From the NCBI GenBank assembly GCA_913052165.1, contig CAJXEC010000004.1, forward strand, positions 1-59,261: a stretch of 59,261 nt of DNA. The letters are read 5' to 3'. This document shows, one piece after another, positions 39,248 to 47,955 of this stretch. Numbering within the stretch: the first letter of the stretch is position 1; every line of letters begins with the position of its first letter. The notes below the pieces were generated by a model. That model was not told where the DNA came from. It worked only from the letters and a program-made list of their open reading frames with translations, and did not search any database. Source of the DNA: an uncultured Rhodospirillaceae bacterium (GTDB lineage Bacteria > Pseudomonadota > Alphaproteobacteria > MPNO01 > UBA2964). Made by a program: the position numbers and the translations under genes.

Positions 39248-41625
39248 GTGCTCCTCAGCAATTCAAGTATATCACAAAAAAACGTAGGGTAAGAGAGGAT
39301 CGACGTTTCGTGACGGGAAAAGGTCGTTTTGCGGCAGACTTTAAATTCCCAGGTATGCTTCATATTGCCATGGTTGCGTCCCCGTTCGCATGCGCAAAAA
39401 TTAACTCCATTGATTCTTCTCCAGCGCTAGAGCTTCCCGGAGTGCATTACGTTCTAACTGGGGTGGAACTAGCCGCCAATATTAATCCTCTTTTATCAGG
39501 CCTCGACCTCCCCGATGTAAAGCGATTGCCTCTAGCAAATGGCCGCGCTCGATACGCAGGGGAATGGGTTGCAGCCGTTGTTGCAGATACCCGCCATATT
39601 GCCGAGGACGCAGCTGAGCTTGTGGCAATCGACTACGAGATGCTTGATTTTGTAATTGATCCCGAAGAGGCGCTTCAGGACACCGCTCCTGTCGTCCACC
39701 CAGAAAACGGAAGTAACATATTTTTCGATAAAACCTGGACATGGGGGGATGTGGAAGGTGACTTTGCAAAGGCTGAACATACCCTTGCCTTGCAGGCAAA
39801 ATGGAGCCGTTCCTCGACCGTCCCGATCGAGACCTTTGCCGTTACAGCAAGCTGGGATGAAGGTAGAGAGATGTTGGATATTTGGGCATCAATCCAGATG
39901 CCCAAATACCCAGAGCAAATTGCGCGCGCGCTTCAGATACCTGTGACATCAGTAAATGTTCACTTTGATGTCGATGTCGGGGGTTCCTATGGCCTTAAAA
40001 GAGGCATCAGGCAAACGGTTATAGTTGCATACCTGACAAAAAAGCTCCAGCGCCCGGTTAGGTTTATTGAGGATAGGCTGGAAAACATGGCGGGTGGAGA
40101 AATGCATGGTCCTGACCGAGTCTTTGACATGGAGGTCGCCTACGACGAACAAGGCATAATGGAGTCCCTGAAAATCACTGCCACGGATGATTGTGGCTGC
40201 TACCCAGGTCGGGCGCCCCTCCAACTCGGCAAACCGGTCAGCGCTATTGTTGGACCCTACCGGATCAAGAGCGCCCGATACCATGCCAGATCGGTCTCTA
40301 CAAACAAAACCAGTCAGGAAGCAGTCCGAGGTTTTGGCCAAGCACCAACCAACTTTGCTATAGAAACCGTTGTTGACCGGATCGCATCAACTTTAAATAT
40401 CTCTCGCGAAGAAGTTCGTCGCCGTAATCTGATCAGATCTGAGGAATTTCCGTGGCGAATTCCATCCGGCTCAGAGTATGACAGTGGCGATTACCACGCT
40501 GTACTTGATAAGCTTATGAGGGCTGCAGATTGGGATAAGCTAATCGAAAAACGGAACTCATTCAGAAACGATGGTAAATTAGCCGGTCTAGGTCTATCCA
40601 CATGCCTCGAGCCCTCGGGAGGCAATTCTTCTTTTGAACCCCTGTTCAACCCGAAAAACGATACCACGACTTGGATGGAGTCATGCCTAATCAAAGTCGA
40701 TATGCTGGGTGGAATTTGTGCGATGATGGGCACCTCTTCATCGGGCCAGGGACATGAGACACTTCTGGCAGTTTCCATTGCTGAGGTTTTGGAGCGTGAT
40801 CCAGACAGTATTAGAGCCATTCATTCAGAGTCTGTTGGAGCTCTCCCATCAAACAGTCCTGTCGGAAGCAGAATGGCGATTATGTTAGGCGGTGCAGCAG
40901 CCGGAGCCGCAAAGAAAATTAAAAACCAGGTAATTGCTATCGCTGCACATAATTTTCAGTTGCCCGAGGATCGATTGGTTTATGAAGGTGGAGACGTTTA
41001 CGTAAAAGGAGACACCGAACGTTGCCTAAGATGGGAACAGTTGGTGGATATCGCGCATAGGCAGTATCACAACATGCCCATTGGCTCAGAGCCAGGACTT
41101 CAAGCCCAACATACCTGGGAGGTTCCCACCGGAGGAGCTATGCCTAAAGAAGATGGGACAGTTCAAATGTACCCCTGCTACGCTTTCGAGGCGCATATAC
41201 CCCTGATCACCATTGACCCAGGAACAGGCCAAGTTCAAATCCATGACTATTACATTGGTCACGATTGTGGGACTGTTATTAACCCCGATATCGTGAGGGG
41301 GATGACATTCGGTGGGATTGCACATGGTATAGGAGCTGCGCTTTACGAGAAATTTCAATACGACGAGAGTGGGCAGCTCCAAGCAGGAACTTTTATGGAT
41401 TACCTATTGCCCTCTGCCCATGAAATCCCAGCTGTCGAGATGATCAAACATCATACTCCTTCACCACTTACAGAATTCGGTCAGAAGGGTTCGGGAGAAT
41501 CTGGATATCTCGGCGCTCCTGCAGCTATTGCCAGCGCCGTAAATGATGCACTCGCACCACTTGGCAAATCAATCGCAACCTTGCCCATGCGCGTCCGGGA
41601 CCTTGAAGAATTGTTGAACAGCTAG
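39244..41625 (+). CDS. Xanthine dehydrogenase family molybdopterin-binding subunit
   Basis: REDRRFVTGKG, VGGSYG, TNKT..AVRGFG, GQGHET, DCGTVINP, KGSGE; start ATG 39244 overlaps the small-subunit stop. Confidence 0.92.
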   Translation: MSAPQQFKYITKKRRVREDRRFVTGKGRFAADFKFPGMLHIAMVASPFACAKINSIDSSPALELPGVHYVLTGVELAANINPLLSGLDLPDVKRLPLANGRARYAGEWVAAVVADTRHIAEDAAELVAIDYEMLDFVIDPEEALQDTAPVVHPENGSNIFFDKTWTWGDVEGDFAKAEHTLALQAKWSRSSTVPIETFAVTASWDEGREMLDIWASIQMPKYPEQIARALQIPVTSVNVHFDVDVGGSYGLKRGIRQTVIVAYLTKKLQRPVRFIEDRLENMAGGEMHGPDRVFDMEVAYDEQGIMESLKITATDDCGCYPGRAPLQLGKPVSAIVGPYRIKSARYHARSVSTNKTSQEAVRGFGQAPTNFAIETVVDRIASTLNISREEVRRRNLIRSEEFPWRIPSGSEYDSGDYHAVLDKLMRAADWDKLIEKRNSFRNDGKLAGLGLSTCLEPSGGNSSFEPLFNPKNDTTTWMESCLIKVDMLGGICAMMGTSSSGQGHETLLAVSIAEVLERDPDSIRAIHSESVGALPSNSPVGSRMAIMLGGAAAGAAKKIKNQVIAIAAHNFQLPEDRLVYEGGDVYVKGDTERCLRWEQLVDIAHRQYHNMPIGSEPGLQAQHTWEVPTGGAMPKEDGTVQMYPCYAFEAHIPLITIDPGTGQVQIHDYYIGHDCGTVINPDIVRGMTFGGIAHGIGAALYEKFQYDESGQLQAGTFMDYLLPSAHEIPAVEMIKHHTPSPLTEFGQKGSGESGYLGAPAAIASAVNDALAPLGKSIATLPMRVRDLEELLNS

Positions 41626-41650
41626 AAATACATCGGAATTGGAGATTTTT

Positions 41651-42376
41651 ATGAGTAATCACCTTCTTCTCAATCAGAATGGAAGAGTTTTTGAAGCGAC
41701 CTTCAACCGACCTGACGATAACGCGTGTTCTGACTCTATGGCGGCAGAGTTCTCTGCCAAGCTTGCCTCAGCACATGAAACATCTGACATGGTCCTGCTC
41801 AGAAGCTGTGGGCCTGACTTTTGTACTGGGAGGGCAAGAAATCCTGATGCAGGTCCTCCGCACCCAGAAGCATATACGCGACGCGATGAATATGACTCAA
41901 TATTCTACTGTTACAATGCGATAAAAAATTGCAAAATCCCGGTCGTCGCTGTGATTGAAGGGCGCTGCATGGGGTTCGGCACCGCAGTTGCCGCAGTCTG
42001 TGATGTCACGATAGCAGCAAAGTCTGCAAAGTTTAACATTCCGGAAATGGATCACAACGTGATGCCGACGATGGTGATGTCAGCAATCTACGATCGTATG
42101 AACAGAAATGCTATTTTGTGGATGACTTATACAGCAAAATTTATTTCTGCCGAACAGGCTATGGCCTACGGCATCATTTCAACAGTTGCAGAAGACAAAG
42201 ATCTCGAGGCCGAGGTAAAGGAATTTTGTGATATTTTACTCAGTCGAAAGCGTCCCGCTATTTTGGGCTTAAAAGAATATCTTACTTCAGCGCCTCGAAT
42301 GGACGATCAAGGGGCGCTGGATTACGCAAGAGCCATCCATTCAATGGTTAATACGGCAGCCGCAATGAAAAAATAA
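41651..42376 (+). CDS. Enoyl-CoA hydratase/isomerase (crotonase) family protein
   Basis: FNRP, DFCTG, IPVVAVIEGRCMGFG, CDVTIA, IPE. Confidence 0.85.
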   Translation: MSNHLLLNQNGRVFEATFNRPDDNACSDSMAAEFSAKLASAHETSDMVLLRSCGPDFCTGRARNPDAGPPHPEAYTRRDEYDSIFYCYNAIKNCKIPVVAVIEGRCMGFGTAVAAVCDVTIAAKSAKFNIPEMDHNVMPTMVMSAIYDRMNRNAILWMTYTAKFISAEQAMAYGIISTVAEDKDLEAEVKEFCDILLSRKRPAILGLKEYLTSAPRMDDQGALDYARAIHSMVNTAAAMKK

Positions 42377-42631
42377 TGATGGGCTCTGATTATCCCTTCG
42401 CCTCTGGGATTTAAACCTCAAGAATATATTGAGAACTCGGAACTAAAAAGTAATGACAAGAAACATAGCCTCAGGAAGGTTGCTCATGAGGTTTTTCACT
42501 CAGAAACCTGCGGCTGTTAAAAAAAATATTAAAATATATGAAAGTTCTCCCTTTGTTTGTTGCTGTCATAAACCTTTAAAGCGGGTCCTTGCTCAAAAAG
42601 ATCGTTGAGACAGCGTAATTAGGAAAACACA

Positions 42632-43129
42632 CTATTTATTATTTGGGACAAAACACGCAGGACAGAGTCCGGATACTTCGATTGTTTGCTTCTTGACATC
42701 AAAACCCAATTTAGCAGCCCTATCGCGGATCTCTTCAGTCAGCCCATCATCGTCTAATTCCGCTGTGAGTCCGCAACTGCTACATATTAAAAATTGGCCT
42801 CCGTGCTCCTTATCTGGCGCCGCACATCCAACAAATGCATTTAGTGACTCAATTCGGTGGATCAGCCCATTGGATAACAGAAAATCTAGCGCACGATAGA
42901 CCGTCGTCGGCGCTGCGCCCGCGCCCTGCTTATTCAGCATATCCAGAATTTCATAAGCACCTAGGGGTTTGTGGCTGGACCACAATAACTCGAGCACCCG
43001 CCTCCGTTGAGCCGTCAGTTTTAAACCGAGTCTCTTGCACAAATTTTCTGCCGTATTCATCGCTTCATCGAAACACTGACGATGATCATGCGGATCTTCG
43101 GGAAAACGTGCGATAATTTGTTTAGACAA
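42632..43129 (-). CDS. zur: Fur family regulator, Zur type
   Basis: HDHRQC, LTAQRRRVL, PTTVYRALDFL, HRIESLNAFVGC, CSSC, CPAC; start TTG 43129 uncertain. Confidence 0.82.
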   Translation of the reverse strand: MSKQIIARFPEDPHDHRQCFDEAMNTAENLCKRLGLKLTAQRRRVLELLWSSHKPLGAYEILDMLNKQGAGAAPTTVYRALDFLLSNGLIHRIESLNAFVGCAAPDKEHGGQFLICSSCGLTAELDDDGLTEEIRDRAAKLGFDVKKQTIEVSGLCPACFVPNNK

Positions 43130-43359
43130 CAGAGCGGCTCCGCTTGCGGTGGATCTTCTTTGCAGATGTACTATGGAACAGTCCGTCCATGTCATCAAAC
43201 TGAAATATTTTAGAGTTTAAATGTAAAAGAGCCCTCATAACTGAATCTCAGATTGAGTAAGATCGTCAGATTTTTCGATACCAATGTAACAACATCATAA
43301 CCCAACCAATAGTCTTATCATTGAGGCCATACGCCTAAAATAATCACTGGATAAATGTC

Positions 43360-44022
43360 ATGTTTACACTACCGCGTCGATTAACATCAGAATTTTTAGG
43401 GACCGCCTTGTTATTAATGGGTGTAGTTGGTTCGGGTATCATGGGGACAAACCTATCCCCCGACGATGGCGTGGCCCTGCTAGCCAATATGGCCGCTACT
43501 GGAGCGATCCTTAGTGTGTTAATTATTGTATTTGGGCCAGTCTCTGGGGCTCATTTCAATCCTGCCGTAACATTCGTTTTTCTCTTAAGAAAGGATATCG
43601 GGCTTGGAATTGCCGCGGCTTATATCGGAGCTCAACTCGTGGGTGCAATCCTTGGTGTGGTAAGCGCTCACTTCATGTTTGAAATAGAACTGCTCCAATC
43701 CTCGAAAAAATTGCGATCGGGACCATCCCAATGGTACTCAGAATTTATTGCAACATTTGGTCTGGTTTTTGTTATTCTGGGTTGCGTTAAATTCAGGGAG
43801 AGCGCGGTTCCTTTCGCGGTTGGGTTATATATTTCAGCAGCTTACTGGTTTACCTCGTCCACATCATTTGCCAATCCCGCGGTTACCATCGCAAGAAGTC
43901 TTACTGATACCTTTTCGGGAATTTTACCCAATCATGTTCCGGCATTCGCAGCAGCACAATTTGCGGGGGCTGTTATTGCGGCTTTTCTGTTTAATTGGAT
44001 TTCGAAATCAGGAAAAAGTTAG
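43360..44022 (+). CDS. MIP/aquaporin family channel, AqpS-like
   Basis: SGAHFNPAVT and YWFTSSTSFANPAVTIAR. Confidence 0.88.
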   Translation: MFTLPRRLTSEFLGTALLLMGVVGSGIMGTNLSPDDGVALLANMAATGAILSVLIIVFGPVSGAHFNPAVTFVFLLRKDIGLGIAAAYIGAQLVGAILGVVSAHFMFEIELLQSSKKLRSGPSQWYSEFIATFGLVFVILGCVKFRESAVPFAVGLYISAAYWFTSSTSFANPAVTIARSLTDTFSGILPNHVPAFAAAQFAGAVIAAFLFNWISKSGKS

Positions 44023-44795
44023 TCAGAAATATGAGGCAACACCGCGGCATAGAGCAACCTTGAGGCCAATAATGTCAAAATAACATTGAGCCCGATCCTG
44101 AATACTTTTTCTGGAAGTTTATCCAGAACCTTTCTTCCTACCCAGGTGCCAATCATGCCAAATCCTATCAATCCCACAAGCAGCGGTACGTAGGGCCCAA
44201 ACCCGAAACCCAGCAAACCAAAGGCAATCACTTTAAATAGATGTTGAAAGGTCATGAGAAGGGCCTGGGTAGAGACAACCTGTTGCCGAGCCGAACATGA
44301 AGCCTTCACGAACGGCGCAACGAGAGGCCCGGTGCCGCCAACAAACATTGTCGCAAACCCGCCAGCTATCCCAACACTTAGAAATTTAATTGGCCCCGGT
44401 TTGCGACTTGTGAAACTCGGCGCCCATGTCGCATACAGAACAAAAAGGCCGAGGATCATTTGCAAGACCCAGGTTTCAAGTGCGAATACGGTTTTTCCGC
44501 CAATCCAAGCTCCTAAAAGGGTACCCACAATAAACGCCGGTGCGACAGTATAAAGCGCATCCCTTCTCATAAGCCATATACGAAAGCCATTAGACCCAAC
44601 CTGGACGATGCCATGGAGCGGTACAAGGACCGCTGGCGGCAGAAATAATGTCATGGTCGCGAGTACAAGAAGTCCGCCGCCCAGGCCCAGTGAGGCCGCG
44701 ATAAAACTCCCCAGAAAGGAAACCCCACACAAACCGGAGAAGCCAATAATATCAAGGGGTGTGCCCGCAATTAAGACTTCTATAATTCTATCCAT
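44019..44795 (-). CDS. Sulfite exporter TauE/SafE family membrane protein
   Basis: ASLGLGGG, PLHGIVQ..SN, GGTGPLV; start MDRII after GGAGG. Confidence 0.82.
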   Translation of the reverse strand: MDRIIEVLIAGTPLDIIGFSGLCGVSFLGSFIAASLGLGGGLLVLATMTLFLPPAVLVPLHGIVQVGSNGFRIWLMRRDALYTVAPAFIVGTLLGAWIGGKTVFALETWVLQMILGLFVLYATWAPSFTSRKPGPIKFLSVGIAGGFATMFVGGTGPLVAPFVKASCSARQQVVSTQALLMTFQHLFKVIAFGLLGFGFGPYVPLLVGLIGFGMIGTWVGRKVLDKLPEKVFRIGLNVILTLLASRLLYAAVLPHISD

Positions 44796-44928
44796 TGGTC
44801 TGGCCTCCTGTTGGAGCTCTAAAAGACGGGGTAAGGACCGCATCTGAGAACCTGAGGTTCCTATACACCTTGTCGTGGAAAAACAGAAACGATAGACCTT
44901 AAAATATGAAGGTAACCGGAGAGAAAGC

Positions 44929-45111
44929 ATGAAGAAATTGGACCCAGACCAGCTTCAGTTTGTTGAAATCATCGCAAAGCTCATGAATGAACATGAACTT
45001 TTTCAGGAAGAATACACAGAAGAAGACTTTGAAAGAGTATTAACCTGGCTTAAGAAACTAAGAGAGCAAATCGATATTACAATAGAAACTCTGGGGGGAG
45101 ACCCAGCGTAA
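44929..45111 (+). CDS. Hypothetical small acidic helical protein (60 aa)
   Basis: GGAGAG SD, protein-like composition, fills an intergenic gap. Confidence 0.6.
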   Translation: MKKLDPDQLQFVEIIAKLMNEHELFQEEYTEEDFERVLTWLKKLREQIDITIETLGGDPA

Positions 45112-45149
45112 TCAGAAGATTACTGCTCACCACAAAAGCCCAAAAATTT

Positions 45150-45818
45150 AAAAACAAGGGAAAAGCGATTCCCCCATTTTCAGCAAATGTTTGCTCTGCG
45201 GTAAATTCGGGATCATCCAAACAAAGCCATAGCATGAACCCGGCATAAAAAGATGCATCGCAATATTCCAGTCTCCTGGTTTGCGAGCCATTAACCTCAT
45301 CATCCCAATAATCGCTGACTTCGTCGCTGCATAATGGAGATAATTTAAGCGCTCGATAGACGCGGTTGTTTAAGCAATATGTATAATCCGGCCCCATTTT
45401 TGCTTTTGCATGATGGGAACCACGGCCCGAGAGCAGTAAAACGCGCCATTTAAACGACCACCATTGCCGATTTCCGCTGATCTACCGGCAATTCCCAAAA
45501 CGGCGCTATGGTAATTTTGGAAACGACAGCTGCGTTGTTTATCAAACAATCCACACGGCTATACCTGTCGATGGTTTTTTTCAACCATGTCCTGAACGTC
45601 AGCCTGATTTGAAATATCGGTTGGGACACAAAATGCGCGCCCGCCTTCCTGCGTGCTCGCTGAAACCACGCGATCTCCCTTTTCCGCCTCCAGCTCGGCA
45701 ATCACTGGAATGCCTCCTGCTGAGCAAACGCGTGTGCACAAGCGCGACCAAGTGTTTGCCTGCCGTCAGTTATGATCATTACTCTATCTTTTAAGGTGGG
45801 ATACACGGATGATGGCAT
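45150..45818 (-). pseudogene. Degraded short-chain dehydrogenase/reductase
   Basis: Fragments across frames: LKDRVMIITDGRQTLG, VDCLINNAA, NGAFYCSRAVVPIM..WGRIIHIA*, YAATKSAIIG, LWLC.DD..F...QT....GG; several frameshifts, stops and an apparent internal deletion. Confidence 0.85.
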
Positions 45819-45927
45819 TTCAATCCCCTTTAAATATCCATCATTCCTTAGAGCGATAGAGCGATGCAAAACAAGGGTGGGCAATTAAAGACGCAGCGAA
45901 TAGAATTCAACAAATGGGTTTAAATAG

Positions 45928-46779
45928 ATGATCGAAATTAGGCCGCTTAGGGAGGCTATTGGGGCTGAGGTCAGAGGCGTTGCTCTAGGTGAAAGCATTT
46001 CTCAAAAAGACGCCATGATCTTAAGATCCGCTTTCGTTGAATACGTTCTCCTTATTTTTCGTGGTATGGAGCTTGATGACCTTGAACTGAAGACAAGTGC
46101 CGATTGGCTTGGTTCGATTGGTAAAATACATATGCCTTTGGGACGTCGGCGAGATGAAGACCTTAATATTCAGCTGGTATCCAATATCAGGAATGAATTT
46201 AACGAAGAAATAGGGTCTTTTGGTGATAGTGATATGTGGTTTCACCACGATAACTCGTTTTCACAAGCGCCCGATAAAGCTACCTGGCTATATTCGGTTG
46301 AATTGCCAAAAACTGGTGGAAATACGCTTTTTAATAATTGTTATTTATCGTGGGAGGCTCTGCCCCATAAATTAAAAACCAAGATTGCCGGGAAGAAGGT
46401 TTTACAAGTCTACGACTACACCGTGAAACAAGAACCAGATTTATCAGATCTCGTCCGGATACCTCATTGTTGGCAGCCAGCGGTTCTCATTCATCCAGAG
46501 ACAAAACGCCCGGCCCTGTATGTTAACAGGTTAATGAGTGCGGCAATTCAGGGCATGGACAAATCTGATGCAAGCGATCTCTTGCAAGACCTTTTTTATT
46601 ACATAGAACGGATTGATTACGAACATACATGGTCCTTGGGCGACTATTTAATTTGGGACAATCGTTGTTCCGCTCACGCCAGAACCTCGTTTCCGCCGGA
46701 CCAAAGACGACTCCTAAAAAGGGGCAAAGTCGCCGGAGAAATCTTGAAACCCTTCGGCTACGACGGAAAACAGAGTTAA
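45928..46779 (+). CDS. TauD/TfdA family Fe(II)/2-oxoglutarate dioxygenase
   Basis: IGAEVRG, FHHDNS (HxD), GGNTLF, WDNRCSAHAR. Confidence 0.9.
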   Translation: MIEIRPLREAIGAEVRGVALGESISQKDAMILRSAFVEYVLLIFRGMELDDLELKTSADWLGSIGKIHMPLGRRRDEDLNIQLVSNIRNEFNEEIGSFGDSDMWFHHDNSFSQAPDKATWLYSVELPKTGGNTLFNNCYLSWEALPHKLKTKIAGKKVLQVYDYTVKQEPDLSDLVRIPHCWQPAVLIHPETKRPALYVNRLMSAAIQGMDKSDASDLLQDLFYYIERIDYEHTWSLGDYLIWDNRCSAHARTSFPPDQRRLLKRGKVAGEILKPFGYDGKQS

Positions 46780-46990
46780 TGCGCATAGTTGTGTGAACCC
46801 GCGTCCAAAAAAAACGAAAACTCTACATATCATTTTTAGAACATTGACCCTTAATTTGGATCACACATCGAATAAAAGTCTTGTAAGTCACACAGAATGA
46901 TTCTGTTAAAATTGGATGCATGAACTGCTTGCGTATCATTACGCGTTAACTGATGATCCATTTTACAAACCATCTACGCAGGAACAATCC

Positions 46991-47413
46991 ATGAGTGAAA
47001 CGCAATCTACCCTCAAACTCACCTATCAAGGTGCCCAAAAAATTTTAAATGCTGCCATTGCTGCAGCGTCAGAAATGGGGGTTCCTCAATGCATTTCGGT
47101 TGTTGATCAAGGGGGACATCTGATTGCTTTCGCGCGCATGGATGGGGCCTTTTCAATGTCCCTTGAAACATCGCTCCGTAAAGCGCAAACAGCCGCCTGC
47201 TATGGCATTCCATCAGGCGACATTGAAGCCGGAATTGATATTAAGTTGGCAATAGGAACTGACGGTAAGCGGATAAATCTCCCGGGTGGTCTCCCTATTA
47301 TAGTTGAGGGAAATCTGATTGGGGGGATTGGAGTAGGATCGGGAACCGGGGCCCAGGACCTAGTGGTCGCAAAAGCAGGAGTCGCTGTGATCAGCGGATC
47401 AAAGCACTTTTAA
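46991..47413 (+). CDS. GlcG/HbpS family heme-binding protein
   Basis: ISVVDQGG, RMDGA, KAQTA, GGLPI...GGIGVG. Confidence 0.88.
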   Translation: MSETQSTLKLTYQGAQKILNAAIAAASEMGVPQCISVVDQGGHLIAFARMDGAFSMSLETSLRKAQTAACYGIPSGDIEAGIDIKLAIGTDGKRINLPGGLPIIVEGNLIGGIGVGSGTGAQDLVVAKAGVAVISGSKHF

Positions 47414-47499
47414 GAATAGGCCGCTCATTCCTGTTTATTGTAACTAACTACAATTTTCTAAACTTTGGGATATCCAGACAACTTGGTACTGATCAGAGA

Positions 47500-47928
47500 T
47501 TACAGCGATGCTTTTTCCAAGACAGTTAGAAGTTCTTTCGGAAGAGGCTTCTTTGTGCCGGTGGATGGATCAAAATATACCGAAACTACATCCGCTCCAG
47601 CTATTTCTCGACTGCCAACAAAAATTGCTTGGCCTAGACCGAAAGATGTTTGCCCTATCCGTGTAACCACAGTGCCAACTTCTACCCTCCCCGGATAATT
47701 AAGAGCCGAGTAGTAGCTTGCTTCGAAGTGAGCAATCGCGAAGCCGGTTAATATCTCCCGTCCCAGGCTACCCATCAGATCCTCACGAAATTTGACACGC
47801 CCATCCTCAAAATATTGATTGATGGCGCCATTATTGACATGGCCATTGGGATCTAGATCCCGATATCGGATTGATACTTCAGCCCAAGACACGAAAGAGT
47901 CACGGCTGATTTTTGATTTTTTCTTCAA
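47500..47928 (-). CDS. Acyl-CoA thioesterase (hotdog, YbgC/4HBT family)
   Basis: RYRDLDPNGHVNN..YFEDGR. Confidence 0.88.
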   Translation of the reverse strand: MKKKSKISRDSFVSWAEVSIRYRDLDPNGHVNNGAINQYFEDGRVKFREDLMGSLGREILTGFAIAHFEASYYSALNYPGRVEVGTVVTRIGQTSFGLGQAIFVGSREIAGADVVSVYFDPSTGTKKPLPKELLTVLEKASL

Positions 47929-47955
47929 CTGACAACAAGTCCCATCGGGGTTAAC

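Noticed and set aside
37884-41625. Aerobic CO dehydrogenase (coxMSL gene order)
   Set aside because: The active-site loop at 40321-40338 is AVRGFG, not AYRCSFR (form I) or AYRGAGR (form II); no coxDEFG accessory genes.
42377-42631. Possible znuA remnant downstream of zur
   Set aside because: An SD-like GGGAGA exists on the minus strand, but no start codon or recognisable coding fragment follows.
45077-45397. 106-aa ORF as an independent gene
   Set aside because: Mostly an off-frame reading of the SDR pseudogene; only part of its C-terminal half corresponds to the SDR end.
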